From assembly GCA_964016885.1 (NCBI GenBank), contig OZ024740.1, positions 63,364,001 through 63,428,000 of the forward strand: a stretch of DNA of 64,000 nt, read 5' to 3'. The notes beneath the pieces were generated by a model. It was not told where the DNA came from. It was given only the letters and a program-made list of their open reading frames with translations, and did not search any database. This stretch comes from Eledone cirrhosa (lineage: Eukaryota). Shown here piece by piece: positions 1-12,936 of this stretch. Both the position numbers and the translations under genes were made by a program. Position 1 is the first letter of the stretch. Every line of letters starts with the position of its first letter.

Positions 1-289
1 AACCATCTTTTTATGAGGCAGTCATCATTTGAAATCCCCTCTCTCAGTCTGACTAACTATAAATAAAAATTGTATTTTTCTTACGTACTGCTCATTAATG
101 CAAGAAGCCTTTGGTGTGGAAATGCAAGATCATGCGCTCTGAAGCGAGAGGGGTATTCTTGTGTGGTCTGTCTCGGTATAAGTTCCCAAATGATGAACAT
201 AATTAGTCCTACATAAGCCCTGAACGAGTTCAAATCCAAACTACAAATTACAAGTTTTCCCCTTCAAAATAATCCCCCTCGTGTCTAAC

Positions 290-720
290 GCACTTTCCCA
301 TCCTTCTCGATCACGCCTCCATGCATTCCTCGAAGGATTTTCCCGGAATTCTCCACAACTCAGTCGTGACGGCTCTCTTGATCGTTTCTACGTGTCGCAC
401 TTGATCCATGACTCATCACTGGTGATGACTCTCTCCAACAAGTCTGGTTCGGTTTCAAGGCGCTCAAGAATGTCCAGACACACCTGCATGCGCCGCTCCT
501 TCTGGTCATTTCAGCAGCATCGGCATCATCTTCGCTCAGATTTGCATGTCCAAATCTTCGGTGATAATCTTCCAAAACCTGACGCGGGCGTCAGCCGACG
601 ATCACCACGCACGACTTGCCTCATGAGCTCAACGTTGGCCTCAGTTGTGCTCGTTGAAGGCCTTCCGCTGCAGGGGTCATCTTCCACCTTTTGTGCCACT
701 CGAAAACCATGAGCGCGACA
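290..720 (-). mobile_element. Degenerate mariner/Tc1 transposase fragment
   Basis: Minus-strand reading gives frameshifted mariner-like motifs: VEDDPCSGRPSTSTTEANVE, and VITSDESWI resembling the first catalytic D motif 'TGDESW'. Confidence 0.7.
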
Positions 721-2036
721 TCATCTCATCTCCGTACACTTGCTGCAGTATTCTGAGTATATATTGTTAGTTTATCTGCAAGTCAACGCTACACAAGCTG
801 ACCTATAATCAAAAGCATTCCAGTCATGAACATCCTGTTATTTTACTTGTCACGGATTGCATTGACTAAGATAATCTAGTCCCTCTTATTTGAATTAAGC
901 TAAATTTGGCTGCTACATATTTCAGGTCGAGCAGCGACGTGAAGCACTCCCTCGTTTGCTCGTCTAATTGTGAGATGTTATTTTTGTTGTTGTCATTGTT
1001 GTTGTTTAACACTTAATGAGCTATGATTGAGATGTTCAATAATCAAAAGCATCCCATTTATGACCATCCCATCTTTTATTCAAACAGAAAGTATTTAAAT
1101 CTAATTGGTAATCACTGCAGCGTAAAATAAAATGCCTTGCGATGTTTGTTCCGATTCGCTGAGTTTAGATCTCGCCGAGGTCAACTTTGCTCTTTTAGGG
1201 TTGATAAAGTAGGATCGGCTACCGCTTTGCTTCCTCTCTCTCGCTGTAGCCACTTTCCGTTGTTTGGGAGATCATAAAATAGCTGCTTTCAAGCAAAAAT
1301 GAGAAAAGGATTGGCTCCGATTTAGGATAATGCAGGGCCTGGACTAGTCGATGGATGTTCAAAGTGATCCTGTTCCTTTATTCTGCATCTGCTTTGGTTC
1401 TTCCCTTTCTAGAATTGTTGTCGCTCGTGGGTTTTGCTTTTCATCAATAGACCGGATCGGGCCGCCGTGCCTATCACCAAGTTGTGTTGTAAGGCAGAGT
1501 AGCCCTGCCTTAGTTTGGCCATAGCCAAAAGGGAGAAGAATTGGCGCCACCTCTCGAAGTGGCTGTACCTACGATAGTATAGATGCTCGTGAGTTTGGGT
1601 TTACGTCGTTGTTCGAGTGATCATAATATGTTCTGATTGAGATAGGTGTTAGATAGGGCCGGGCAGCGTTCGGAATGAAATGCTGAATGGTACAGCTACT
1701 ACACTACAATCTTTCGAGTATCTTCTCATAATCTGAACCATTCAACGCCATCGAGGTGGGTGTAGTACGCATGATAGACGAGACGGCACCGACGACGAGT
1801 CGAGACATAGGTTTACATAGTGTGCACACGGTTGTAATAGTGTAGAAATTATTGTTTCGTTTCCCTCTTTCAGTTATAATGGAATGAAAAGACAGAATAT
1901 AACCGTGCAGGGGCGGTGGAACTGAGAAAGAGGGCATGTGTCCCCACCCACCCTATAATTATATTTTTCTCCCCAAACTTTCAAAACACATCTATTTTTA
2001 TATGCGCTACAAATTATGTACACGTTATGTAGCGAC

Positions 2037-2375
2037 AGATGGGAGAGATAGATATAGATATAGAGAGGTGGATAGATTGATGTTTATTGATATTGAGAGA
2101 GGAATTTGAAGAGAGTTCCGTGTAGTAGATATACAAAGGTGGGGGGGTAGCGGTTAATTGATATAGCGAGGGGTATTGGAAGAGAGTACCGTGTAGTAGA
2201 CAAAGAGAGAGAGTGTGTGTTGTATGGTAGCTATAGAAAGGGGGAGAGTTTGGTCGTGATGGATAGAGTGAGAAGTGATGAGAGAGAGTGTTGTATGGTA
2301 GATATAAAGAGGGGTAGAATTTGGTAGTGAAGAATAGAGTGAGAGGGTATGAGAGAGAGTGTTTTGTGGTAGATA
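2037..2375. repeat. Degenerate GA-rich (AGATATAGAGAG-like) low-complexity tract, left flank of the Tx1-like LINE
   Basis: Repeated gatatagagaggg/gtggtagatata units. The same repeat resumes at about 8100-8340 on the other side of the LINE. Confidence 0.75.
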
Positions 2376-2675
2376 TAAATTTCTATTTATTTGCCACCAG
2401 GGCATCAAAGATTGGGACAAATACAAAGGGGGGAGTTTACATACATTTAAAAAGACGTGTAAAAAGCATATAACAAATTAAATTTAACAATCGATGTCCT
2501 CAACAGGGAGGGGCGTTGACATGGGTCGCACACACCCCCGAAAAAATGTGCAACCCTCCTCTTCAGGAGCACAAAGAGCGGGTGCTTCCTTCCTCTTCTC
2601 ATTCTTCTCCTCTCTCACCTACAGGCTGATAGAGAGAGAAGGCCCATTCACTCGGGCCATTCTCGCTACTTTCAC

Positions 2676-5600
2676 TCACCTTTCATAAAACTTGCTGGGG
2701 TAGAGCACCTCTCTCTCCATTCTGATCCCTCTTCTAAAGTGGTACTTGAAAAAAAAGACCAGTTGTTGGCCGGAGAGAAAGGTGTCTGACCTCAGCCCTT
2801 TCAACCTTGTCCACCATACAACTTCTTTCGCCATAGCTATCACACAGAGGAAAACCGCCTCTCCTTCGTTTTTGAAAGGGGGAGGCGGTTTGATCGTGAC
2901 AATGTTCTCGGTGGTCAACCGGATTAGTCCCACCCGCGACAGTAGTCGTTCCACATAGCCCCACAGGTCAGCAACGCCCGGGCAGTGTACGAATGCGTGT
3001 GCGACGGTTTCCTCGTCACGCACGCATCTCGGACAGATCTTCTTCGAGGGGTCCCTACCCGGGCGCCCGTGTCTGTAGAGCTTGTCCCGAACGGGTAGAG
3101 CTCCTCGGTAACATTGCCAAGACAGGGACTTTTGGAAGTTGTCCATCGGTCCCGGGCCAAACGTCCTACCGAACAGACTGGCCAGCTCATCTTCCTCTAT
3201 GCCCAGAGCTTCTCCGAGAGCGTCGTCGCACTTACTGCGCACCAACCCTCTATAGAATGTTGAGGTTGAGTCTCCACTGATTGCCGGATCCGCTTGCCAG
3301 AGGGCCGTAAGCGCCTGGGCACATTCAATGTGCCAGTCGCCCACTTTTCTCTGTCTTTGCTTGACCCAGGATTGCAGCTCGGTGAGTGAGACGAGTCTCG
3401 GAAAGGCTCGCCTCACAAACAGGGCTCACACCGGCTGACCGGTGAGGAATACCTGTAGGTGCCGTAGCCTTAATGCGTGTCTACGCATCGTCAGCCACGG
3501 CATCCCCAGCCCTCCGTTCGAAGGGTGTTGACAGCAGATTGATCTTCTCACCAAAGGAGCCCGCTTCTTCCAAAGAAATCGGAAGAGCGCGCGCTCCATT
3601 TTGGCGAGTGTTTTCTCTGGGCAAGGCACGACGGTCAAGCGGTAGTAGATGACGGACGCTATATAAGCGTTCGCCACCTCCGCTCGACTTTTCAGGGATA
3701 GTTTGCACTCGGCCCACTTCAGGGCGAGTGCAAACACCTTGCCCGTTACCTCGTCCCAGTTTTTCTCCACTTGGAGGTCCGGTCCGAACCAGACCCCGAG
3801 CAGCTTCACCGGTCCCTCCGTCCAGCGTCCGACGATGCCGTCGGAGGGCATCGGTTTTCCCCTCCACGTCCCGAGTTGCAAACTGACGGACTTGTCCCGG
3901 TTCAGCTTGGCTCCTGTGAACCTTTCATATTCCTCCAGTAAGGTGCCGATCTGCCCGATTTCTGAGGCGCACGACACCATTACTGTCACGTCATCGGCGT
4001 AGGCCGACACCGCTTTCCGCAATCCCGGTTCCAAGGGGATGCCCTGCAACAGCTCCAGCTTCCGCAGTAGTGGCTCGAGAGCCAGCACATACAGGAGGGA
4101 GGAGAGAGGGCATCCCTGTCGGATGGATCGCGTGATTTGGAACGGCTCCGAGAGGTAGCCGTTCACCTTGACCCTCGAGCAGGTGTTGCTGCTGTGCATT
4201 GCAGCAATCCAGCCCCTGAAAACGGGTCCGAAGCCTGCCGCCGCGAGCACCGCATCCAGGTACCGATGGTCAACCCTATCGAACGCCCTAGATTGATCCA
4301 AGTTGATCAGGGCCCCACCAAAGCCGGGTTCGTTCCCTACCCTCTCTACAATGTATCGCATGAGGTGGAGGTTGTCGTGTATGGACCTGGACGGGATTGC
4401 GCATGTCTGTGCTTCTCCCACCAGGTTCCCGACGACAAGCGCCAACCTCTTCGCTAACACCTTGGCCAAAATCTTTAACTCTGTGTTTAGCAGAGTTATG
4501 GGCCTGAAGTTATCTATTCATCCCCCTTGTTCTCGTCCTTCCTCACCAGCGTGACTACGCCCTTGGTCACAGAACTGGGAATTCTCCCGTTCTGTTGCCA
4601 GTTGCAGTAGACCGCCTCGAGGAAACCGGAGAACAAGCCCGGCATCGCTACATAAAGTTCGTATGGTAGACCATCGAAACCCGGAGATTTGCGTTTGCCG
4701 CATTGGCTCAGCGCTTCCTCTATTTCAGCGGCTGAAATCGGCCTCTCGCAGGACTTCGCCTCCCCGTCCGAGAGCCGCGCCAGACCGTCGAGGTATGGAC
4801 CGAAATCCATGGCCCCACCCGGCCCGCCGCCCCTCCCGAACAGTCGTGCAAAGCACCGTTGAAAGGCCGCGCTCATCCGCTCAGGTTCAAGGATCACGCG
4901 TCCATCCTTGTCCTTCAAAGACCGAATCGTGGACTTGTTTCCACTTTTTGCCTCTGTCATTCGGGCCCAGCTAACAGCTTTGGCTCCCTCGTTACCCAGA
5001 GCACGTATTTTACTCCTGACAACGCAGCCCTCGTGCTTCGCATCAAAGAACTAGTCTAGGGCCGTTCTTAACGCCAGCACGCCGGCCACGTTGCCACTCC
5101 CAATCGCCTCTTCTACTATATTTATTAATTCCCTTTCAGTTCTATTCCTATCTGATGCTAATTCCCGACTAAAACCTATCGATTCTATTCTAATGTCTCT
5201 CTTGAGAGAGCCCCACCACCTGCTGTTGACAATTGCCCTCGTCAAACGCTGCTTAACTAGTGTGCTAATCCGCTTACTGTAAGCTTTGTTTGTCGGTAAA
5301 GACAAGTTTAGCTTCCAGTAACCGAGTTCCTGTCTATGAATTCTATCAAGGTTGACCACTCCGGTCACCAACTTGTGATCCGAATAGTCAACCATGAACA
5401 TTCGTGGACAGCTTAATATGTCCCTATCCTTATTTCTAACTAGGAACCTATCTAGGTACGACCTAGATGTTCTGCTGCGATTAGTCCACATCCACAGTGG
5501 CACAGTCGGAAAATCTAGTCGATATCTATCGGCCAGATCAAATCGGCCGATTAATCGTTTGAGGCTGTTACACCCCCCTCTATCGGGACATAGTCCCAAC

Positions 5601-6043
5601 GTGCATCCAGGATACCATTCCAGTCCCCCACTAAAATCAAGGAGCGAGACGTTCCCAGGAAATTCTCCAGGAATCGGAAGAAGTCCGGTCGCGGTGTCCC
5701 AGATGGGGCATACGCTGCCACCAGCCTGAAAGCTCCACCTTCACCACTGCCGACGTCTAAAACCACCAGTCGACCCTCCGGGTCCAGGTGTACCTTCTGT
5801 GTGGCAAGGCCAGGTATGTTCGCAGTAGAACGACAACCCCACCCCCAATCTCAGCTGACAGTGAGATGCGTAGATCTCAAAGTCGTCGAAGATGGGGGCC
5901 AGTTGGCGCTCGCTGCTGATCCTGGACTCGCAAATAACCATTACATCCACTCTGTTCGACCTGAGGTCATTTAAGAGTTTGCCCTGTTTCCAGGACATCC
6001 CCAGGCCGCGTGCATTCACACATCCAACTCTTATATTGGCCAT
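2676..6043 (-). pseudogene. Tx1-like ORF2 (APE endonuclease + reverse transcriptase + zinc finger), broken by stops and frameshifts
   Basis: Motifs MANIRVGCVNARGL, LVGDWN, YLDRF/SDHK, KSPGFDGLPYE, DQSRAFDRVDH, RQGCPLS, YADD, GGLGMP and CPRC..ETVAHAFVHC are spread over ORFs 5741-6043, 5551-5766, 5051-5599, 4514-4960, 3426-4469 and 2676-3416. Confidence 0.9.
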
Positions 6044-6085
6044 GTTGGTGCTGAAGAGTTAAAAAGGAAGAGGAAAGGAAATTAC

Positions 6086-7894
6086 TTACCTCTTCGTCTC
6101 CAGGGGACCAGGCTGCACAATTTCCATGGGGGTGTTGGAAGGGTTGTTTGGTGGGGTGGTGGTTTGTGGTGGGGTGAGGACATCAGTGTGTGGTGGGATT
6201 AGGGTGTTTGGTGGGGTGTGGGTGTCTGGTGTGGGGGTGAAGAAACATCTCAATAGGACGTGGTTAAGTGGTTTGGTGCAGTTGGTCCCCACATGCATTG
6301 GATGGTTCTTTTTCAAAGTTACATAGGTTTCCGTTGGGACCCTAATCATCATTAGGTGCGGTTTGTTCGCTGCGTAGGTGAAAGTGATCCCTTCGGTTTC
6401 CACCGAAGGGTTATTTTCTATTGCTTTCATTAAAGTTTTATTGTTCTTGTTAATGTATGTATAGAGTTTTTGTTGTTGTGTTTGTTTTTGTTTGTTGTTC
6501 TTGTGCGTGTTTGCGTTTTGTAGTATGTGTTATGTTTTGGGGAGGGGTGGGTTTTTTGTTTGTGATGTTTGTTCTGTTTGTACTGGTGGTTGTGTGCTTG
6601 TAGCATTTTTGTTAATGTGGTGCCTTTTTTTTTCCTTTTCACCTGTTGAAAGGGTTCTCCCTCGTCGTCACTGGGTGACGTTGATACGGAGTCCTCTTCC
6701 GTGTTGTTGGGGAGGGGTATATATTTGGGGTTTTGTTGTGGTTGCTTTTGTATTTGTTTTAGGTGGGGAGGGGTTGGGTGGAACAGTGTTTTGTGTTGTT
6801 ATTTTTCCGTGTTGTTGTTGTGGTGGTGGTGGTGGTGGTGGTGGTGGTGGTGGTGGTGGTGGTGGTTGTGTTGTTGTGTTCGGGGTTGGCAGAAGAGCCT
6901 TTTTTTTTTACTCGTTAATTGAGGACAGGCAGCCCTCAGGTGACCCCTGCTTAAGCAGTGGTAACATGACGGCCGCCTTCCCTCCACTGAAATGTTTATA
7001 TAAGTTAGCCCGTCCAGGGGCACGCGTTGTGGGATATTCGCTATTCGTTCTGGGCTCATTTGCACCAGAACTTCTACGCTGGTCCCACCAAATACACCTC
7101 CGGAGGACTTTCCTATTGAAATTATCTTGTCTTCATCAAAGTCAATGATTCCACATAGTATCCACCAAATATTTACATTTGGTGTGATACTCATTATTTT
7201 TATTCTTTGCGTCCTTTTTCCCCTGTATGTGGGGAAAAAGGTGAAGCGGGGGGACACAATGGGTGATACCGAGTATTTTTGTGCTGTTGACTGGTTGTTC
7301 ATTAGCACCGAAATGCTACCAAACAGTTTACCTTTTTGTATGAAGGTTATGTCCTTCGTTGCATCTTTTAGAACCAGCTCAATTTCATTTTTGATAATTG
7401 AGCTGGTTTTCTTGTTTCGTTCGATATTGTCCTGAAAACCACAGTTTTCAGGACAGCCTCTCTACGTGGAGAATTGATGCTAAAAACACCGTTTTCGCCA
7501 AAAGTCACGAATTGTTTTGCGTCTTGTAGTAGTTGTTTAGCATTTGTTATGTCTATTGGCGTGTATAGTTGGTTTTTTTTACAGTCTGTGCGAATGTTGT
7601 TTTGGTGTTGTTGTCTTTTTTGTTGCTGCTGTTGTTGTCACTGTTGGTAATATTGTTCATGTTTTCCTTGGTGTTGCTATTGTTGCAGTTGTTGGTTGTG
7701 GTGTTATTGTCATTGTTCTTGTTGTTGGTGCTGGTATTATTTACCGGATTTGGTTTCGTGGTTTCAATATTTTCAACGTTTTTCGATAATGCGAGGGGGG
7801 AAGGCTGCAAGCTTTGTACTCCTACCTTCCCTCCACCACTTTTCTTAGTGGGCGAGGCACTCACGACAGTGTGCGAGGTGGAAATGGCATCCAT
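6086..7894 (-). pseudogene. Tx1-like ORF1 (gag-like nucleic-acid-binding protein), fragmented
   Basis: ORF 6799-7308 contains CYHCLSRGHLRAAC (CX2CX4HX4C). The ORF pieces lie directly upstream of ORF2 and include Asn/Thr/His low-complexity tracts. Confidence 0.7.
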
Positions 7895-8772
7895 TCCTGA
7901 CTACCAAGTGTACACAGTTTTGCGATGAAAATGAAAATTTCGCCCCAGAAAGGGGCGAAAATTAGTTGACTCAACGTCTGAAGGCCCAGGCAAAGGGTTA
8001 AACTAAACAATGCTATTAAATTGAGCAATGAACTCACAGTTTCTTTTTACAATAATCCGTAAAAATCCGGAGCGAAGTAATTCACGTCTATATCAAGTGG
8101 TAATTGATATAGAGAGGGGGAGAGTCTGTGGGTGATTGATATACAGAGGGGAAATTAGGAGAGATTAATGTAGATATTTATAGAGAATGAGAGAGTGTAT
8201 TAGTCTTAGATATAGAGAGTTGGATAAGTGAGGCGGTGTTGTGGTAGATATAGAGAGGGGTAGAGTTTGGTTTTAATAGATATAGAGAGGGGGATTAAAA
8301 GAGAGTTTTGTGTGATAGACATAGAGAGGAGGAGAGTTTGGTCGCACTCTCGGGTCCCAAATAATAGAAGGGGTGGCATAATTGGGAGGGGGGGCTTGGG
8401 AAATCAGTAATTGTATAGTGTACGTTCGTAAATATGGGATTTCTTGTAATGTTCTTTTGTCATATATAATGTTGTTTTAATCTACTTATATATATAACCA
8501 GCAATTTCTCTGTCTGTCTGTCCGACAGTGGAAACACGTACATAGAGAGAGTGAGAGTGAAAGAAAGAGACAGACTACGAGAGGGGGATAGCGGGAGGGA
8601 GAGAGGGAGAGAGAGAGAGTGAATAGACGCTAAAACACGTGCTATAGAAACATTACCTTCCCCTCTCCACTGACTTTGGTCACTGAGGCCGAGGGAATCG
8701 CTGGTTGCTATAGAGACACCTTGCACAAGCCAGAAGTAACCAGTTCGAGGCGGTTCTGACTTGACACCATGC

Positions 8773-8950
8773 GAAGAAGGTTGCCATTGAATTTGAGGTT
8801 TGAAGAAGGTTGCCATTGAATTTGTGGTTGTTGCTGCTGATAATAAGGACCATTTGAAGAAGGTTGCCATTGAATTTGTGGTTTGAAGAAGGTTGCCATT
8901 GAATTTGTGGTTGTTGCTGCTGATAATAAGGACCATTTGAAGAAGGTTGC
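8773..8950. repeat. Higher-order minisatellite (29-bp + 54-bp subunits, 83-bp unit twice)
   Basis: gaagaaggttgc recurs at 8773, 8802, 8856, 8885 and 8939 (spacing 29, 54, 29, 54). Confidence 0.9.
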
Positions 8951-9487
8951 TGCTGATGAGGTAATTTATTAATCAGATTGCGCAGTTCCATAACCTACGT
9001 TTGATTTGTTCAATTTTTTCTTCAATTTTTTTTGTTGTTTTTTTTTTATTTCTTATTGAAAAAATATAAATAATAAAATAAGGTTAGAAATTTAAATACA
9101 ATTAAATACGATTTAATTTCCATTTCCAGCAGCCAATGTCCAGTGTTCAATTTCATGAAAAAATTGGAAATAATTAAAAAAATTGAAGTTTAACTTTTGA
9201 CAATAAACAAATATTTCTTTATTCACACCTAATGGTATGATTAAAATTTCATAGGAATATTTTTTTCTAATCGCCAGTTATTTATTTTCTCCTTTTTCGT
9301 TTTAACATATATTTATTTCAAAGATTTCACCGTATAGATAACATATATATTTAAACATGCATAAAAGACACACCGAGAGACGGTGAACATGTGGTGCCGA
9401 AAACATTTCTCATCCAAATCTCAACAATATCAGTATATACACTAGATTTGCTAGCAGAAAACCGCCCACCTGCTGGTTTTCTGCTAG

Positions 9488-10772
9488 TCTATATTTATAA
9501 AACAGAGGATGTCTGTCTGTGTGTCTGTTTCCCTAAAACTCGAGAAGTACCCAACCGTTTTTTTTTCAAACTTTACACATGTAACCCGTATGGCCCCGTA
9601 AGTGTTTTGAGCAAAAAATATTTCCAATTATTCTGACCTAGGGATCGAATTAGTGAAGTGGCCAATGTCTGTACATAATGAGGGAGTGAGAGGGGAGAGA
9701 AAGAAACGGAGAGGCGAAGTGAAGAAGTGGCTCTCTACTCCTCCTCCTTCTCCCCATTCGTCACAGCGTTTTTCGATAGAGGAGAGAAATGTGAACGAGT
9801 TTACAGAGAGAAAGAGTGAGAGTGAAAGAAACAGACAGACTAAAAGAGGGGGATAGCGGGAGAGAGAGAGTGACAGACGCCGTCTTTTGAGAGTTGTATG
9901 CGTCAAAGATTTGACAGTGGAATAACTATTGCGTGTGTGTGTACGTGCGCGCGTGTGTGTGTGTGAGTTTGTGAGCGTTTGCCTGCGTGAGTGTGTATGT
10001 GTGCGTGAGTCATTATAAACTCTCTCACATGGTCTAATGGAATTAACTCTTAAGCATTTACATTACTCTATATATACTATAATATTTTCATGGTAAAGGC
10101 TTTATCTCACATAATATAAAAAGTTCAAAGATTTAATATTATTTATTTTAAGAACAATACCTTAACCCTTTAGTATTAATGTGAGTGAGTTATAAAGAGA
10201 AAGAGTGTGAGTGAAAGAAACAGACAGACAGACTAAAAGAGGGGGATAGCGGGAGAGAGAGAGACGCTGGAAGAGGGGAAGCAACGCTATATGTCTTGCT
10301 GTCTGCATTACGATACATATATACACACACACTGATCGCGTCATAATGACGTAATGCAGACAGCCAGACATACAGACATATATTATAAGGGCCCAACGTT
10401 ATATCTATGTATCTATCTAAAAAGAAAGACTAATAATTATAGAGAGAGATCGCTAAATCGCCTAATGCGGTCCCTAGAGCATTGAAAATTTGAAATATGT
10501 TTTGTTCAAAACACTCACAGGACCATAAGTATTACATGTGTAAAGTTTGAAAACAATCGGTTGGGTGGTTCTCAAGTTTTAGTGAGCTGACAGACAGACA
10601 GACAGACAGACATTCCCTGTTTTAGATATATTCGTGTACAGATATTTTTGCATACACAATAACAAAATATAAATAAACGTATTTATTTCACGAGGCTCAA
10701 TAAGGATAAATATATATCAAATATATAAGAACCCTAGAGCAAATCCCGAGCAACACCGGGCCATTCTGCTAG
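9488..10772 (+). mobile_element. Non-autonomous Helitron-like element (composite)
   Basis: Starts TCTATATTTATAAAA followed by a GTCT microsatellite. Ends with the hairpin cccgagcaacaccggg and CTAG|T. Its 5' region has an internal inverted copy at about 10480-10630. Confidence 0.65.
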
Positions 10773-11040
10773 TGTAAAATAAAATTGTTATTAGATTCTC
10801 CAGCTGCTGTATCAATATGGATCACTTACAATAAAATTTCGCCGGAGATAGATTAGCAGAATTTAATAAGCGGGTGGGGTGTGGGTGGAATAAAAACGGG
10901 AGTAGGGGATCTGACAAATTAATAAGTTGGGGAGGGGAGGGGGCGCTGACTATTATTCAAGGCCTGAGAGTGCGTGAATTATTGACAGACGTAAGAATAA
11001 AATCTCAATACCGAAGTAGAGTTTAAATATTATGGCTAAG

Positions 11041-11091
11041 CCTTGTTACTCTGGAGTCTCACCTGCGTACTCACAGAATCATCAGACAAGA
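11041..11091 (-). ncRNA. Degenerate type I hammerhead ribozyme (same family as 19564-19613)
   Basis: Minus strand reads ucuugu CUGAUGA uucug..cagg u GAGA cuccagagua acaagg, with the GAAA box mutated to GAGA. Its downstream flank is homologous to 19660-19710. Confidence 0.55.
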
Positions 11092-11162
11092 TTGGTGATC
11101 CTGTGAGTGCGAAGGTGAAACAAAGCTCATTAACAGCTATAAAAAATGAATATATATATCTA

Positions 11163-11206
<44 letters not shown>

Positions 11207-11773
11207 TGAGGATGCTCAAGAAGTACCCAACCGATTTTTTCAAACTTTACATGTGTATTACTTATGTTTCAGGGAGTGTTCTGAGTGTTCTGAGTGTTTT
11301 TATCTCCTAGGGCCCGCATTAGGTGAAAAACTGCGTTTTTAAGCTTTTTAGGGTTTTTTTAGGCGTTACGTCAGACCGATTTCCTTGAAATTGTAACTAT
11401 GTATTAGTCAGTCTCTTCTTCATACCGTGTGCAAAGAAAATCAAACTTTTTTATGGCCTAGGGCCAGCATTAGGTGAAAAACTTCATTTTTTCAGCTTTT
11501 TAGGGTTTTTTGGAGGCGTTACGTCTAGCCGATTTTCCCTAAATTTCAAGGCATATTATGCACATAAAAAAATTCATTTTCTTGATCCCCTAGGTGAAAA
11601 CCTGCATTTTTCCTGCTTCATCGAGGAAAATCTTAAAGATTATCCAGCCATCAGAGTATTCGGTTTATTTTCTTTACATATTGTCCAGGCATTCAGTTTT
11701 TCCACGATTAGGTCTGTTGGCGGTCCGCCTTCCAAAATACCTTATCCCGTGCAACGCCGGGTACCACTGCTAG
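11163..11773 (+). mobile_element. Non-autonomous Helitron-like element
   Basis: TC(TA)n..AAAACTGAGGATG start. The 3' end has the hairpin cccgtgcaacgccggg then CTAG|T. The body is homologous to the 9488 and 34897-35759 elements. Confidence 0.65.
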
Positions 11774-11796
11774 TATATATATATATATATATAATT

Positions 11797-12258
11797 GGTG
11801 TTGGATGCTTAAAGCGTCCGTATGCGGTAGGCCGTATGAGCACTCGATGGTCTCATAGAGCAGAGTATGATATCACAGAAAAAAAGAGAATCAGTGTTGC
11901 GACGAATGGAATTTATTGGACATATCACAATCGTTTCTCTGGCGACCAGCTTGAGGCACGATCGATGTGATGATCGAACCTGACTCTGAAAATCGCAAAG
12001 TCCTCAGATACGTCTTGATTCTACGAATTTGCTTCGAAGTCATGAGGCGTATCTGAGGAACTTGCGAATCCAGAGCCAGGTTCGATCCACAAACAGATCG
12101 CACCTCGAGCTGTTCGCCGGAGAAACAATTATAATACGTTAATAAACTGTGTTCCGATGCATCACTGATTCTTCGTTTTCCATATTATTATACTCTGCTC
12201 CGAAGGGGTATAGAGTGCTCAACCGGCATACCGTCTATGGAAGCATCCAAGCAACCCT
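11797..12258. mobile_element. Foldback/MITE-like element (about 460-bp diverged palindrome) in (TA)n
   Basis: The arms are reverse complements along their length, e.g. gaacctgactctg..cctcagatacg versus cgtatctgagg..cagagccaggttc. The centre is near 12030. Confidence 0.75.
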
Positions 12259-12261
12259 ACC

Positions 12262-12311
<50 letters not shown>

Positions 12312-12459
12312 AGATCAAAAGATGGTTAAATGAGTTCCATGTATTTTATTATGCGCATTTCAAAAACAAATATCATCATGCAATAACATTTGTGTTTTCA
12401 TCAGATAAAATAGGAGGACATGATATGAAGGTTAAAAACACTTGTGGATAGTGCAGTTT

Positions 12460-12521
<62 letters not shown>

Positions 12522-12936
12522 CAAATGCGAAGAAGTTCGATATATTAACCCCTCAGGAAAGGGCACAGCATAATTTTATTTTTAATTATATATATATATA
12601 CAGTGGCGGTAAAATTAGGGGGGGGGGCATACTCTCTCCAATAATTATATTTTCTCCCCATACTAACAAAACATACTTCTATTTGGATTTTCGCAACAAT
12701 TTATGTACATGGTATGCTTATCGCATATTCAAGTTTTCTGGCCATTTTAGAATGCAAAGTTCTAAACTAATCACTACAGCACGTCTCCCATGCCGTCCTC
12801 CGGGGAAACGCCTTCTCCATTCTGTCCCCCGGGGCTGTGGGGAGGCCACCAATATGATTGACTGACTTGTCATTTTATCAGTCAGATGTTCTAATGATTC
12901 TATATATATATATACGTTCATATATATATATATATA

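Larger units (their letters stand above)
2376..8095 (-). mobile_element. Near full-length, decayed Tx1/L1-clade non-LTR retrotransposon
   Basis: Minus strand carries ORF1 pieces with a CCHC knuckle, then ORF2 pieces with APE endonuclease, RT (YADD) and a C-terminal CxxC..HxxxxC motif. AATAAA lies at the 3' end near 2385. Confidence 0.9.
8343..10974. mobile_element. Old TIR DNA element with Helitron-like insertions nested inside
   Basis: The left end cgcactctcgggtcccaaataatag and the right end ctattattcaaggcctgagagtgcg are imperfect inverted repeats of about 25 bp. Confidence 0.45.

Noticed and set aside
1250-1870. CpG-richer unique-looking stretch with short ORFs
   Set aside because: No recognisable motif, splice structure or repeat partner in the window, so no call can be supported.
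6799-6865. Poly-His/poly-Gly tract as a functional domain
   Set aside because: It is a (GGT/CAC)n microsatellite within the decayed ORF1 low-complexity region.
8773-8950. Regularly spaced repeats suggestive of a CRISPR array
   Set aside because: The intervening sequences are themselves repeated, the context is eukaryotic, and there are no cas genes.
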